Shown here piece by piece: positions 31,530-40,773 of a stretch of DNA of 64,000 nucleotides. Each line of letters begins with the position of its first letter. The first letter of the stretch is position 1. The stretch is from an uncultured Myxococcales bacterium (GTDB taxonomy: Bacteria > Myxococcota > UBA4151), in the NCBI GenBank assembly GCA_964013405.1, contig CAXGWI010000006.1:2893-66892 (forward strand), in the 5' to 3' direction. The position numbers and the translations under genes were made by a program. The notes under the pieces were generated by a model. The model was given only the letters and a program-made list of their open reading frames with translations, had not been told where the DNA came from and searched no databases.

Positions 31530-33548
31530 TCAGCCACCCTTCTTCTTCAGAGCCGCATCAATCTTCGCTTTGAAGGTCTCAAAGGGAAGCGCACCGGCGA
31601 TATGTTCACCGTTGATGTAGAAGTTGGGCGTCCCGCGAGTTCCGGTCCGGGTGGCTTCGGCCTTGTCCGCGGCCACCTTGTCCTTCACCGCCTTGGACTC
31701 CCGATCCTTCTCCCACTGGGCGAAGTTCAATCCCTTGATGCCCTTGGCGAGTTCGTCGATCTTCTCCGGGCTCAGCTGCCGATAGTTGGCAAAGAGTGCA
31801 TCATGCATCTCCCAGAACTTGCCCTGGTTGTTGGCGGCCTGGGCTGCCCGAGCAGCCAACTCTGCATTCTTGTGGAAGGAGAGGGGCAGGTGCTTAAAGA
31901 CGAAGCGAACCTTGTTTCCATAGGCCTTCTTGATCTGCTCGACGACCCGTGCCCCCTTTTCACAGAAGGGGCATTCGAAGTCGCTGAACTCGTAAATTGT
32001 GACCGCAGCGTTTTTGGGGCCGAAGCCCACATCCATGGGGTGATTCTTGACCTTGACCGGGCCCTTGGGCTTGGGCGGTGCGCCAGCGGGTCCGCCGCCA
32101 CCGACACTCTTGCCTGCTTCGGCTTTCGCCACCGCAGCGGCGGCCTTGGCGAGGGGCGTCCCCTTCTTGATCTCCGCATCAACCTTCTTTAGCTCCGCAT
32201 CGATGATGGTCTTGAAGCTTGCGAAGGGCATGGCGCCCCGCACGGGCACACCATTGACATAGAAGTTGGGGGTTCCCCGGGCACCGATCTTCATGCCTTC
32301 AGCCTGTTGAGCTTTCACTAAAGTCTTGAGGGCCGGGTCCGCCATGTCCTTCTTGAAGCGGCCCATATCCAAGCCGATCTTCTTCGCAATGGCGTCGTAG
32401 CGAGCCTGGTTCAGGCCGCCCCGAGGGGTCTTGAAGAGCTCGTCGTGCATGGGGAAGAATTTGCCCTGCCGGCCGGCCGCTTCGGCGGCAATAGCTGCTG
32501 CCTCAGCGTTCTTGTGAAAGCCAAGGGGGTTGTGCCGGTACTCGAAGTACACGTCTTTGGGGTAGTTCTTCATGATCTCTTCGACGACCTGGGCACCGCG
32601 GGTGCAGTAGGGGCATTCGAAGTCGCTCCACTCGATGAGGTGGATCTTTGCAGGCCAGGCGCCTTTACCCCGAGGGGCTTTGGCGCTAGCCGTGAGGTTG
32701 ATCCGCTTTTCCGCCGGGCGGCTGGGCCGCTTCGGCTGGGCTTTGGGATCGAATTTATTCTTCGCCCGCACCCGCTGCGTGGCGCCGTTCTTGATCAACT
32801 CGTTGTAGATATTCTCTGGTGCGACGCCCTTGGCCTGCTGAATCTTCGCCAGGGTCAGACCCACCTCAACGAGTTCTTCGAACTTCGCCAAGGGCTGGGC
32901 ACCGCTGAGCTTGCGTCCATTGATGAAGAAGCTCGGGGTACCACCGGCACCCAACTTACGGGCCAGGGCTTGCTGGTCCTTGATCTTCTTCTTCAAGCCC
33001 TCGTCTTTCATGTCGGCTTGGAACTTGGCCTTATCCAGGCCCAGTTCTTCCGCATACTTCTCGAGATCGGGGAGCTTCAGGGCTTTCTGGTTGGCGAAGA
33101 GCTTGTCGTGCATCTCCCAGAACTTGCCTTGATTGCCCGCAGCTTCAGCGGCCAGCGCCGCGTTCATGGCGTTTTTGTGGAAGCTCAGCGGATTGTGGAA
33201 GAAGGCAACTCGGATGTCCTTGCCATACTTACCCGTGGTCAGGTCCTTGATGGTGGGCCCAACCTTAGAGCAGAAGGGGCATTCAAAGTCGCTGATCTCA
33301 ATAATCGTGACCAGCGCATCCTTGGGACCTTTAACCCGGGCTTCACCCAACTCAACCTTGTAGACCGGCTCATCGTTTGAGCAGGCCTTAACCAGCGGGC
33401 TGTCGCAGGCGTCAGCGCTCTTCCCGGCGGCTACAGTGTCAGCCCCTGACGACCCCCTGTTCAACTGCGTGCCAACAAAAACACCCAGGCCCGCGGCCAC
33501 CAACAGACTAAAAATCTTGAGGCCGAAGCCGCTACTATCTTGCTGCAT
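31530..33548 (-). CDS. Secreted protein with three tandem DsbA-like thioredoxin-fold modules (CPFC, CPYC, CPFC)
   Basis: Three about 200-aa repeats with CxxC plus FHNPL / FWEMHD-type motifs. Signal/anchor LLVAAGLGVFVG. Confidence 0.6.
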   Translation of the reverse strand: MQQDSSGFGLKIFSLLVAAGLGVFVGTQLNRGSSGADTVAAGKSADACDSPLVKACSNDEPVYKVELGEARVKGPKDALVTIIEISDFECPFCSKVGPTIKDLTTGKYGKDIRVAFFHNPLSFHKNAMNAALAAEAAGNQGKFWEMHDKLFANQKALKLPDLEKYAEELGLDKAKFQADMKDEGLKKKIKDQQALARKLGAGGTPSFFINGRKLSGAQPLAKFEELVEVGLTLAKIQQAKGVAPENIYNELIKNGATQRVRAKNKFDPKAQPKRPSRPAEKRINLTASAKAPRGKGAWPAKIHLIEWSDFECPYCTRGAQVVEEIMKNYPKDVYFEYRHNPLGFHKNAEAAAIAAEAAGRQGKFFPMHDELFKTPRGGLNQARYDAIAKKIGLDMGRFKKDMADPALKTLVKAQQAEGMKIGARGTPNFYVNGVPVRGAMPFASFKTIIDAELKKVDAEIKKGTPLAKAAAAVAKAEAGKSVGGGGPAGAPPKPKGPVKVKNHPMDVGFGPKNAAVTIYEFSDFECPFCEKGARVVEQIKKAYGNKVRFVFKHLPLSFHKNAELAARAAQAANNQGKFWEMHDALFANYRQLSPEKIDELAKGIKGLNFAQWEKDRESKAVKDKVAADKAEATRTGTRGTPNFYINGEHIAGALPFETFKAKIDAALKKKGG

Positions 33549-33687
33549 TCATTCACTCCAAAGAATCAAAGCCGACGCCTGCTCGCGCAAGGCGGGCGGC
33601 GCTCCATAAGGAGAGGGTGGGCTTGGGTCAACCGGAACCGCCGTTGGCAGCAGGTATTCCGGACCGAAAGCCGGGCTCGAAAACCGA

Positions 33688-34767
33688 TTACTGGAGCAGC
33701 TCGGCGTAGACGTCCAAGTGCTCGACGGCGACCAGCACCCCTTGAACCACCGCATGCAGCGGGTTTTCGGCCCGCCGCACGGGCAGCCCGTGGGTGACCT
33801 CGTGGAGGTGGTCATCAAGGCCCAAGAGGTTCGACCCTCCTCCCGCAAGCAGGATGCCGTGCTCGATCAGATCGGCGGCCAACTCGGGTGGCGTGTCCTC
33901 GAGGACGCTTTTTACCGCACCGTCGATGTCTTCGACACAGCCGCTGATCGCATCGCGAATCTCCGCGCTGGTCACGGTGATGCTACGGGGCACACCGGCC
34001 CGGATGTGCCGCCCCCGGACATCGATCTCGAGCTCCTGGGACAGAGGATGGGCGCTGCCGATCTTCATCTTGATCTTCTCGGCGGTGGACAGGCCGATCA
34101 TGATTTCATGGCCCTCTCGGATCGCCTGCTGAATCGCGACATCCAAGGCATCCCCGGCCACCCGCAACGTTTTGTACGCAGCCATGGCCCCTAAGCTGAT
34201 GACCGCCACATCCGTGGTGCCGCCGCCGATGTCGACGATCATGCTCCCCCGTGGCTCATTGACGGGCAATCCAGCCCCGATGGCCGCGGCCATCGGCTGT
34301 TCGATGAGGTGGACCTCCTTCACGCCGGCTTTGAGCGCTGCATCGCGCACCGCCTTCGTCTCCACCTGGGTGATGCCGGCCGGCACGGAGATGAGGATCC
34401 GGCTTCTCAGCGGTACCCGGCCCGTGGCCTTACGGATGAAGTGCCGAATCATCTCCTCGGTCACATCAACGTCGGAGATCACGCCCTCACGCATGGGGCG
34501 AATGGCCTGAATCGTCGATGGTGTGCGGCCGAGCATCTCTTTGGCTTCTCGGCCGACGGCCACAACCTGGGTCGGTCGAGCCCCCTTGCGGATCGCCACC
34601 ACACTCGGCTCGTCGAGTACGATCCCCTGTCCACGCACGGCCACCACCGTATTGGCGGTGCCAAGGTCGATGGCGAGATCAGTGGTAAACGGGAATCCCC
34701 ACCAGGCCAAAGGCTCGATCCTCCAGAAGTCCAGCCGCCAATTCGAAGACCGGAGCCCTCCTGTCAA
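33688..34767 (-). CDS. mreB: Rod-shape determining actin homologue
   Basis: DLAIDLGTANTVVAV...ISVPAG...IDIGGGTTDVAVISLG phosphate/adenosine motifs. True start probably downstream of the listed one (non-ATG). Confidence 0.85.
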   Translation of the reverse strand: MTGGLRSSNWRLDFWRIEPLAWWGFPFTTDLAIDLGTANTVVAVRGQGIVLDEPSVVAIRKGARPTQVVAVGREAKEMLGRTPSTIQAIRPMREGVISDVDVTEEMIRHFIRKATGRVPLRSRILISVPAGITQVETKAVRDAALKAGVKEVHLIEQPMAAAIGAGLPVNEPRGSMIVDIGGGTTDVAVISLGAMAAYKTLRVAGDALDVAIQQAIREGHEIMIGLSTAEKIKMKIGSAHPLSQELEIDVRGRHIRAGVPRSITVTSAEIRDAISGCVEDIDGAVKSVLEDTPPELAADLIEHGILLAGGGSNLLGLDDHLHEVTHGLPVRRAENPLHAVVQGVLVAVEHLDVYAELLQ

Positions 34768-34808
34768 CGACCCATTGGGAAATGTCTAAAGCCTAGCGTA
34801 GGAGATAG

Positions 34809-35468
34809 GTGAGAAAACCCATGCCGAATCCTTGGAAAGAGTGGATTGAGCGGGCCCAGGATCTGGGTTTTACAGAAGCACCTTCACGCTCCCCTGAACA
34901 GATGGCGAGAGCATCCGATTCAAGGCCAGAGCGAACACAGCATCGCGCTGCACAGCCCCCCCTTGAACCTAAACCTGTAGGGTTCCTGTCCCACATCTCG
35001 GGTCAGGGTGACCCGAACTCCGACTTGGTCATTATCGTAGCCCCGGACCCATCCGACCCCCATGGCGACCCACTGAGTGAGCCCGCTGATCTGTTACTGA
35101 CAGCGATGATCGAAAAAGGTCTCAACGTAGCACGAAGTTCGATCTATATTATCCAACTCACTGATCCTCATGCCTCGAAGCTTACAGGCTCGATGGCCAG
35201 CACAGAGGTTGTGGCGACCCAAGAGCTTCAGAACCACGTCGTCAAACTACACCCGAAAGCGATTCTAACGCTGGGAATCAAGGCCTTAGATTATGTACAG
35301 CCTGGTTCAGATAATATCCATCAGCGACGAGGCCAGTGGTTTGACTACCAAGGTACCCCGACCCTCCCAACCCATCATCCGAGCTACCTTTTGAGACAGC
35401 CAGAAGAAAAACGTGCCGCTTGGCAAGATCTGCAGGCATTGATCCTTCATCTGGGGTGGTCTCGATGA
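34809..35468 (+). CDS. Uracil-DNA glycosylase superfamily (family 4/5-like) protein with non-canonical motif A
   Basis: C-terminal HPSYLLRQPEEKRAAWQDL (UDG family 4 motif B). G.PL..PADLLLTAM matches motif 2. GEAPG position reads IVAPDPSDP. Gene lies in a conspicuously lower-GC stretch. Confidence 0.5.
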   Translation: MRKPMPNPWKEWIERAQDLGFTEAPSRSPEQMARASDSRPERTQHRAAQPPLEPKPVGFLSHISGQGDPNSDLVIIVAPDPSDPHGDPLSEPADLLLTAMIEKGLNVARSSIYIIQLTDPHASKLTGSMASTEVVATQELQNHVVKLHPKAILTLGIKALDYVQPGSDNIHQRRGQWFDYQGTPTLPTHHPSYLLRQPEEKRAAWQDLQALILHLGWSR

Positions 35469-36193
35469 TCCTTCTCTTCTCGCTCATGTTGGCCAACCCC
35501 GTCGACGGCCCGACTCGAACACAAATTCAGGTGGAGGCCCTCGGCCAACCAGATCATCGGGGGGAACTGCAGGCCGAACTGGCTCGGGTGCGCAGTGAAC
35601 TGGCTGAGCTGCAGGCTGTGGTGGCCGCCATGCCCGATGGCCCGACAAAGGATCAGGAATTGGCCCGCCTGCAGGAATTCGAGTCGCTCACCCAGCGCCT
35701 AAATCAGCGCATCGCTGAATTGCCAACAGCGAGTTCCCCCCCTGAGGCCTCGAAGCCCCCCATCAAGGTGACGCCCATCGAGATCGTGCCAAAAGACGGG
35801 TCACCGGCTCGCCCCCCCCTGCTGTTTCTTGGACTCGGCCTGCTGCTCGGCGTCCTGCTGGCTGCCCTGGCCTGGCCGCGCATGCTCGACCCCAGTCAGG
35901 CGCCTCATGCCCCTCCAGGCCCCGGTCGACTGGTCGTCACCGCCGGCATTTTAGGGGCCCTTGGCCTGAGTCTTCCCAGCCTAGGATACGCCCAAGATCC
36001 CATCTTGTTCTTGTGGATGGCCCTCTCCGCTGGCCTGCTTATTCGTCTCTCGGGTCTTTCCCTTGGTTCCCAGATGCAGCGGTTTCTGCTAGATCGCAGC
36101 CGCCCTTTGAAGAGGTCCCATGAGCAATCAAGACCAACTGGTTCAAGCGATCACCCAGGAAGTGGAGAAGCGCCTGCAGGCGATGAGGCCTGA
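35465..36193 (+). CDS. Hypothetical membrane/Pro-rich protein (weak call)
   Basis: ORF with hydrophobic segments and coiled-coil-like region. Overlaps deoC extension. Could be partly artefactual. Confidence 0.25.
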   Translation: MILLFSLMLANPVDGPTRTQIQVEALGQPDHRGELQAELARVRSELAELQAVVAAMPDGPTKDQELARLQEFESLTQRLNQRIAELPTASSPPEASKPPIKVTPIEIVPKDGSPARPPLLFLGLGLLLGVLLAALAWPRMLDPSQAPHAPPGPGRLVVTAGILGALGLSLPSLGYAQDPILFLWMALSAGLLIRLSGLSLGSQMQRFLLDRSRPLKRSHEQSRPTGSSDHPGSGEAPAGDEA

Positions 36194-36962
36194 GGCCGAA
36201 TCCAAACGCAGTTGGCATCAGGAGGATGCGGCCCTACGGAATCGCCGCCAGCGCCCCCTCCCCAAGGTCAGCCCTGCAGCCAGTGCGGGCACGGATGGCA
36301 AGCAATACGCCAAATTGATCGACCACACCCTGTTGAAGCCCGAGGCCAGTGAACAGCAGTTGGCTAAAGTCTGCCAAGAAGCCCGGGAGCACGGCTTCTA
36401 CTCGGTCTGTGTGAACTCCTGCAATGTCCGCTTCGTGGCCAAGCAACTGGCCGGATGTGACACACTGCCCATCGCTGTTGTCGGCTTCCCGCTGGGGGCC
36501 CAGCGCCCAGATGCGAAGGCCTATGAAGCTCGGCAGGCCATCCGGGACGGGGCCCAAGAAATCGATATGGTCGTCAACTTGGGGGCACTGAAGTCCAAAA
36601 ACTATGCCCTCGTGCTCGAAGATATTCGCGCCGTCGTGGAGGCCAGTGCGCCATTGCCAGTCAAGGTGATCTTAGAGACCGCCCAACTCGACGAAGAAGA
36701 AAAAGTGATCGTCTGCGCGCTGACCAGTGCGGCGAGAGCGGCATTCGTGAAAACCAGTACGGGCTTTAGCACGGGTGGTGCCACCATCGACGATGTGAGC
36801 TTAATGCGGCGGGTCGTCGGTGGCGAGATGGGCGTCAAAGCCAGTGGTGGCGTGCGCAATGCCGCCGATGCCGCGGCTATGGTCGCAGCCGGTGCGACTC
36901 GCCTCGGCTGCAGCAGTTCGGTAGCCGTGGTCACCGGCGGTACAGCCAGCGGAAACTACTGA
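36120..36962 (+). CDS. deoC: Deoxyribose-phosphate aldolase with about 65-aa N-terminal extension (start uncertain: ATG 36120 or ATG 36183)
   Basis: KLIDHTLLKP...FYSVCVN...VVGFPLGA...KVILE...VKTSTGF...KASGGV catalytic-Lys region typical of DeoC. Confidence 0.8.
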   Translation: MSNQDQLVQAITQEVEKRLQAMRPEAESKRSWHQEDAALRNRRQRPLPKVSPAASAGTDGKQYAKLIDHTLLKPEASEQQLAKVCQEAREHGFYSVCVNSCNVRFVAKQLAGCDTLPIAVVGFPLGAQRPDAKAYEARQAIRDGAQEIDMVVNLGALKSKNYALVLEDIRAVVEASAPLPVKVILETAQLDEEEKVIVCALTSAARAAFVKTSTGFSTGGATIDDVSLMRRVVGGEMGVKASGGVRNAADAAAMVAAGATRLGCSSSVAVVTGGTASGNY

Positions 36963-36964
36963 GC

Positions 36965-38266
36965 ATGGATGTCCGCAGTCTGATTCAGCAAAAACGGGAT
37001 GGTGCTGCGCTGAGCGAAGCGCAGATTCAGAGCATTATCGATGCTTATGTCCGGGGCACCATGGCCGACTACCAAATGAGCGCTTTGGCCATGGCCATCT
37101 TTTACCAGGGCCTCAACGACGACGAACTCCAGGCTTGGACCACGGCCATGGTGAACTCGGGGGTGCGCCTCAAGATGGCCTCGGTACCTGGGGCCAAGGT
37201 GGATAAACACTCCACAGGTGGGGTGGGCGACAAGATGAGCATTCCCCTCGCCCCCTTGGTGGCAGCTTGTGGCGCCCAGGTCCCTATGATCAGTGGGCGA
37301 GGGCTCGGACTCACCGGTGGGACGCTGGATAAACTCGAAAGCATCCCTGGTTTTCAAACCCGCCTCGAAGAGGCCGACTTTGAACGGGCGGTGGCTGAGA
37401 ATGGTTGTGCCATCGTGGGTCAAACCGATGATCTCGTGCCCGCCGACCGAAAACTGTATGCCCTGCGAGACGTCACCGGCACCGTCGCCTGTGAGCCGCT
37501 GATCGTCAGCTCGATCCTCAGCAAAAAGGTAGCCGAAGGCATCGACTCCCTCATTCTCGATGTCAAATGTGGCTCCGGTGCGTTCATGAAAGAGATCAGC
37601 GCAGCCCGAAGCCTGGCCACTCGATTGGTCGCCACGGCAAAAGGGCAGGGCCTGCAATGCGGCGCCCTGATCACCGACATGAACCAGCCCATTGGGACCA
37701 TGGTCGGGAACGCCCTGGAGATTCGCGAAAGTATCGCCCTCCTCAAAGGGGAAGGCCCCCAAGACAGTTGGAACCTCATCCTTGAACTGGGAAGCCGCAT
37801 GCTGGTCTACGCTCGGGAGGCCCGCAGCATCGATGATGGCAAGGAACTTCTTGAGAGCGCCCAGCGACGGGGAAGAGCCCTGGCCCGCTTCGAGGAGATG
37901 ATCGAGATTCAAGGGGGAAACCCGGCGATCATCGACAATCCGGACCTCTTACCCACCGCCAACGCACGGGTTGAGGTCAAAGCCGAGCGAGATGGACTCC
38001 TGGCCGCCTGGAACGCAACCGATGTGGCCCGGGCCGCCTCCGTGCTTGGCGCGGGCCGGCAGAAGGTCGAGGACCAAGTCGATCCCGCAGTCGGCGTCGA
38101 GCTGCTTGTGGAACCGGGGCAAAAGATTGGCTCGGGCGATGTGCTTGCCCTGCTGCACGTGAACGACAAAGGCCGTGCGGAAGCCGAAGCATTGGTACGA
38201 CAAGCGGCTCAATTCGAAGGCCCGGTCCAACTGCGCAAAGACCGAGTTCTGGACTGGATCGAGTGA
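36965..38266 (+). CDS. deoA: Thymidine / pyrimidine-nucleoside phosphorylase
   Basis: KHSTGGVGDK and SGRGLGLTGGTLDKLESIPGF motifs. Confidence 0.85.
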   Translation: MDVRSLIQQKRDGAALSEAQIQSIIDAYVRGTMADYQMSALAMAIFYQGLNDDELQAWTTAMVNSGVRLKMASVPGAKVDKHSTGGVGDKMSIPLAPLVAACGAQVPMISGRGLGLTGGTLDKLESIPGFQTRLEEADFERAVAENGCAIVGQTDDLVPADRKLYALRDVTGTVACEPLIVSSILSKKVAEGIDSLILDVKCGSGAFMKEISAARSLATRLVATAKGQGLQCGALITDMNQPIGTMVGNALEIRESIALLKGEGPQDSWNLILELGSRMLVYAREARSIDDGKELLESAQRRGRALARFEEMIEIQGGNPAIIDNPDLLPTANARVEVKAERDGLLAAWNATDVARAASVLGAGRQKVEDQVDPAVGVELLVEPGQKIGSGDVLALLHVNDKGRAEAEALVRQAAQFEGPVQLRKDRVLDWIE

Positions 38267-39750
38267 ACCTCCTCTTTGCGGCGCTGATGCTTGCTGCCCC
38301 CCCTGAGGCTGCCTCACCCCCGCCCCTTCCCGCTCCCAGCCAGGTCCTCAACCTGAAGGTCGAGTTGCGTAAACTCCACCGAGTCGCCAGCGGCGAAAGC
38401 AGTACCAGCACGCCAGTCCCCGTGGCCACCGACCCCTGGCGGCGGGCCGTGAGCGGGATGGGACTCCTGGTCATGATCGGCTTGGCCTGGCTCATCAGCA
38501 CCAAGCGCCGATCCGTCGATTGGCGCCTTGTGGCGGTGGGCGCAGCCCTGCAAGTCGTCTTCGGTCTCATCGTGTTAAAAACGAGCGGTGGTGAGTGGTT
38601 TTTTAGTCAACTCAACGACGCCGTGAACAGCTTTCTCTCCTACTCGACAGAAGGCGCTCGTTTTCTCTTCGGTAACCTCGTGCAGAACAACATCCCCACG
38701 GGAACCCCGGTGGCCGACCCGACCATGGGCCCGGTTTTAGACTTCAATCAAACCGGCTGGGCCAATGCGGGGGCCTATTTCGCCTTTGGCGTGCTGCCCA
38801 CCTTGATCTTCTTTTCCAGCGTCATGGGCGTCCTCTACCACCTCGGTGTCATGCAGAAACTGGTGGGCTGGGTCGCCTGGGTGATGCGCAAAACCCTGCG
38901 TACCAGTGGTGCAGAGAGCTTGTCGGCCGGCGGCAACATCTTCCTTGGACAAACCGAAAGCCCTCTGCTGATTCGCCCCTATGTCTCGAAGATGACCGAG
39001 AGCGAGTTGATGGCTGTCATGGTCGGTGGCTTCGCCACGGTCGCCGGGGGCGTCATGGGAGCCTTCGTCCTCATGCTGCGGGGCTACTTTCCAGACATCG
39101 CTGGTCACTTGATCGCCGCTTCGGTCATGAGTGCTCCCGCAGCCTTGGTGATGGCGAAAATCATGGTTCCAGAAACCGGCCAGCCTCTGACCCAGGAGGG
39201 GGTTGAGCATAAGTTTGACAAAGAGAGTGTCAACGTCATCGATGCGGCCGCTCGGGGCGCCGGCGATGGACTGATGCTGGCCCTCAATGTGGGCGCGATG
39301 TTGATCGCCTTCGTCGCCCTTGTCGCCATGATGAATGCGGGCTTTGTGGCCCTGGGCGACACCTTCGGCATGGACCAACCGCTCACCATGGAGCGTATTC
39401 TCGGCTGGATACTCGCCCCCCTCGCTTGGGTCATGGGCTGCGACTGGGCCGACGCCAGTTTTGTCGGCAGCCAACTGGGCGTCAAAACCGTGGTGAATGA
39501 ATTTGTCGCCTACCTCAACTTGGCCGGAAACATGGCCAGCGATCAGCCGATCTCGGGACGCTCCGCGGTCATCCTGACCTATGCCCTTTGCGGTTTCGCC
39601 AACTTCAGCTCCATCGCCATTCAAATCGGTGGGATCGGCGCCATCGCACCGGAACGCCGCAGCGACCTCGCCCGCCTGGGATTACGAGCGATGATCGGCG
39701 GCAACTTGGCAGCTTTTATGACCGCCTGTGTCGTGGGGATGATCCTCTAG
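38263..39750 (+). CDS. nupC: Concentrative nucleoside transporter (NupC/CNT family)
   Basis: Polytopic membrane protein in deo operon. CNT-like hairpin regions. Translational coupling with deoA. Confidence 0.7.
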   Translation: MNLLFAALMLAAPPEAASPPPLPAPSQVLNLKVELRKLHRVASGESSTSTPVPVATDPWRRAVSGMGLLVMIGLAWLISTKRRSVDWRLVAVGAALQVVFGLIVLKTSGGEWFFSQLNDAVNSFLSYSTEGARFLFGNLVQNNIPTGTPVADPTMGPVLDFNQTGWANAGAYFAFGVLPTLIFFSSVMGVLYHLGVMQKLVGWVAWVMRKTLRTSGAESLSAGGNIFLGQTESPLLIRPYVSKMTESELMAVMVGGFATVAGGVMGAFVLMLRGYFPDIAGHLIAASVMSAPAALVMAKIMVPETGQPLTQEGVEHKFDKESVNVIDAAARGAGDGLMLALNVGAMLIAFVALVAMMNAGFVALGDTFGMDQPLTMERILGWILAPLAWVMGCDWADASFVGSQLGVKTVVNEFVAYLNLAGNMASDQPISGRSAVILTYALCGFANFSSIAIQIGGIGAIAPERRSDLARLGLRAMIGGNLAAFMTACVVGMIL

Positions 39751-39817
39751 ACTGAACAATCTGTGCAATTGGGCCGACCCATTGCTCTAAGGAAAGAGAT
39801 CCTTAAGGGAGAAGCCT

Positions 39818-40666
39818 ATGACCAGCCCGGCAGAGATTCTGAGTCTCGTGGAGGCGGCGGCGACCCAGATCCGACAGCGGAGTTCGATCGCACCCAAGGT
39901 GGCGCTGGTGCTCGGGAGCGGACTGAATATTCTTGAAGAAGGCGTCGATGGCGACCGCATCCCATATAGCGACCTGCCGGGCTTCCATGTGCCCACCGTC
40001 TCCGGCCACAGTGGTCAGTTGGTCCTGGCCAACCTCAACGCAGTGCCAGTGATGATATTTTCCGGCCGGCCCCATCTCTACGAAGGCACCGAGCCCTGGC
40101 GCCTCGGCCTCCTTCCCCGGCTCGCAAAAGCCATGGGAGCGACGGCTTTTCTCGTCACCAATGCCGCCGGTGGTATCCCCGGCAAAGGGGTGCAGACCGG
40201 CGATCTCATGCGCATCACTGATCACATTAATCTCCAGGGTAGAAACCCCCTGATCGGTCCCCACGACGATCAGCTCGGTGCTCGCTTTCCCGATATGGGA
40301 AGGGCCTACCACCGAAAGGGTGGGGAGCTCCTCGATGAACTTGCGGCCACCGCCGGCATCGGACTCAAAAAGGGCGTCTATGTGGGCGTCTTGGGCCCTT
40401 CTTATGAAACCCCTGCGGAAGTGCGCATGTATGGGCAGATGGGCGGACACGCGATCGGCATGAGCACGGTGGGCGAAGTGACGGTGGCGAATCAGGTGGG
40501 ACTGTGCGTGGCCGGCATCTCCTGTATTTCAAACATCGCTGGCGGTAACGATGGCACCGACGTGCTCAGTCATGCAGAGGTCAAAGATGCGGTCGCCGCG
40601 GCTGGCAATGACATTCGCCGCCTGATCCGAGACGCTCTGCCGGGCCTAAGCCAACTGGCGCCCTAA
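39818..40666 (+). CDS. punA: Purine nucleoside phosphorylase (PNP-I/PunA family)
   Basis: VLGSGLN...HSGQLVLANLNAVPVMIFSGRPHLYEG...GGHAIGMSTV motifs of the PNP/MTAP family 2. Confidence 0.75.
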   Translation: MTSPAEILSLVEAAATQIRQRSSIAPKVALVLGSGLNILEEGVDGDRIPYSDLPGFHVPTVSGHSGQLVLANLNAVPVMIFSGRPHLYEGTEPWRLGLLPRLAKAMGATAFLVTNAAGGIPGKGVQTGDLMRITDHINLQGRNPLIGPHDDQLGARFPDMGRAYHRKGGELLDELAATAGIGLKKGVYVGVLGPSYETPAEVRMYGQMGGHAIGMSTVGEVTVANQVGLCVAGISCISNIAGGNDGTDVLSHAEVKDAVAAAGNDIRRLIRDALPGLSQLAP

Positions 40667-40773
40667 AAAAGAGTGCCCAAAGGGCACGGGCGCGATTGAC
40701 GAAAATCTGGGCACTCCTGTACCCCCGACGGGTGGGGACCGGTTAGGGAACTGGTCCGCTTTGGGACGATGGG

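Noticed and set aside
32445-33380. 311-aa ORF antisense to the three-module DsbA-like gene (and 31506-32192 likewise)
   Set aside because: Antisense artefact. The sense strand carries three clean CxxC thioredoxin modules.
36956-37912. 318-aa ORF antisense to deoA, 295-aa ORF antisense to nupC, 215-aa ORF antisense to punA
   Set aside because: All overlap well-supported sense genes of the deo operon. Amino-acid composition is Gly/Asp/His-rich and motif-free.
40671-40690. GTGCCC-AAA-GGGCAC hairpin after punA as a terminator
   Set aside because: Only a 6-bp stem and no downstream U-tract, so it is weak evidence. Kept out of the feature list. Could still be a protein-binding palindrome.
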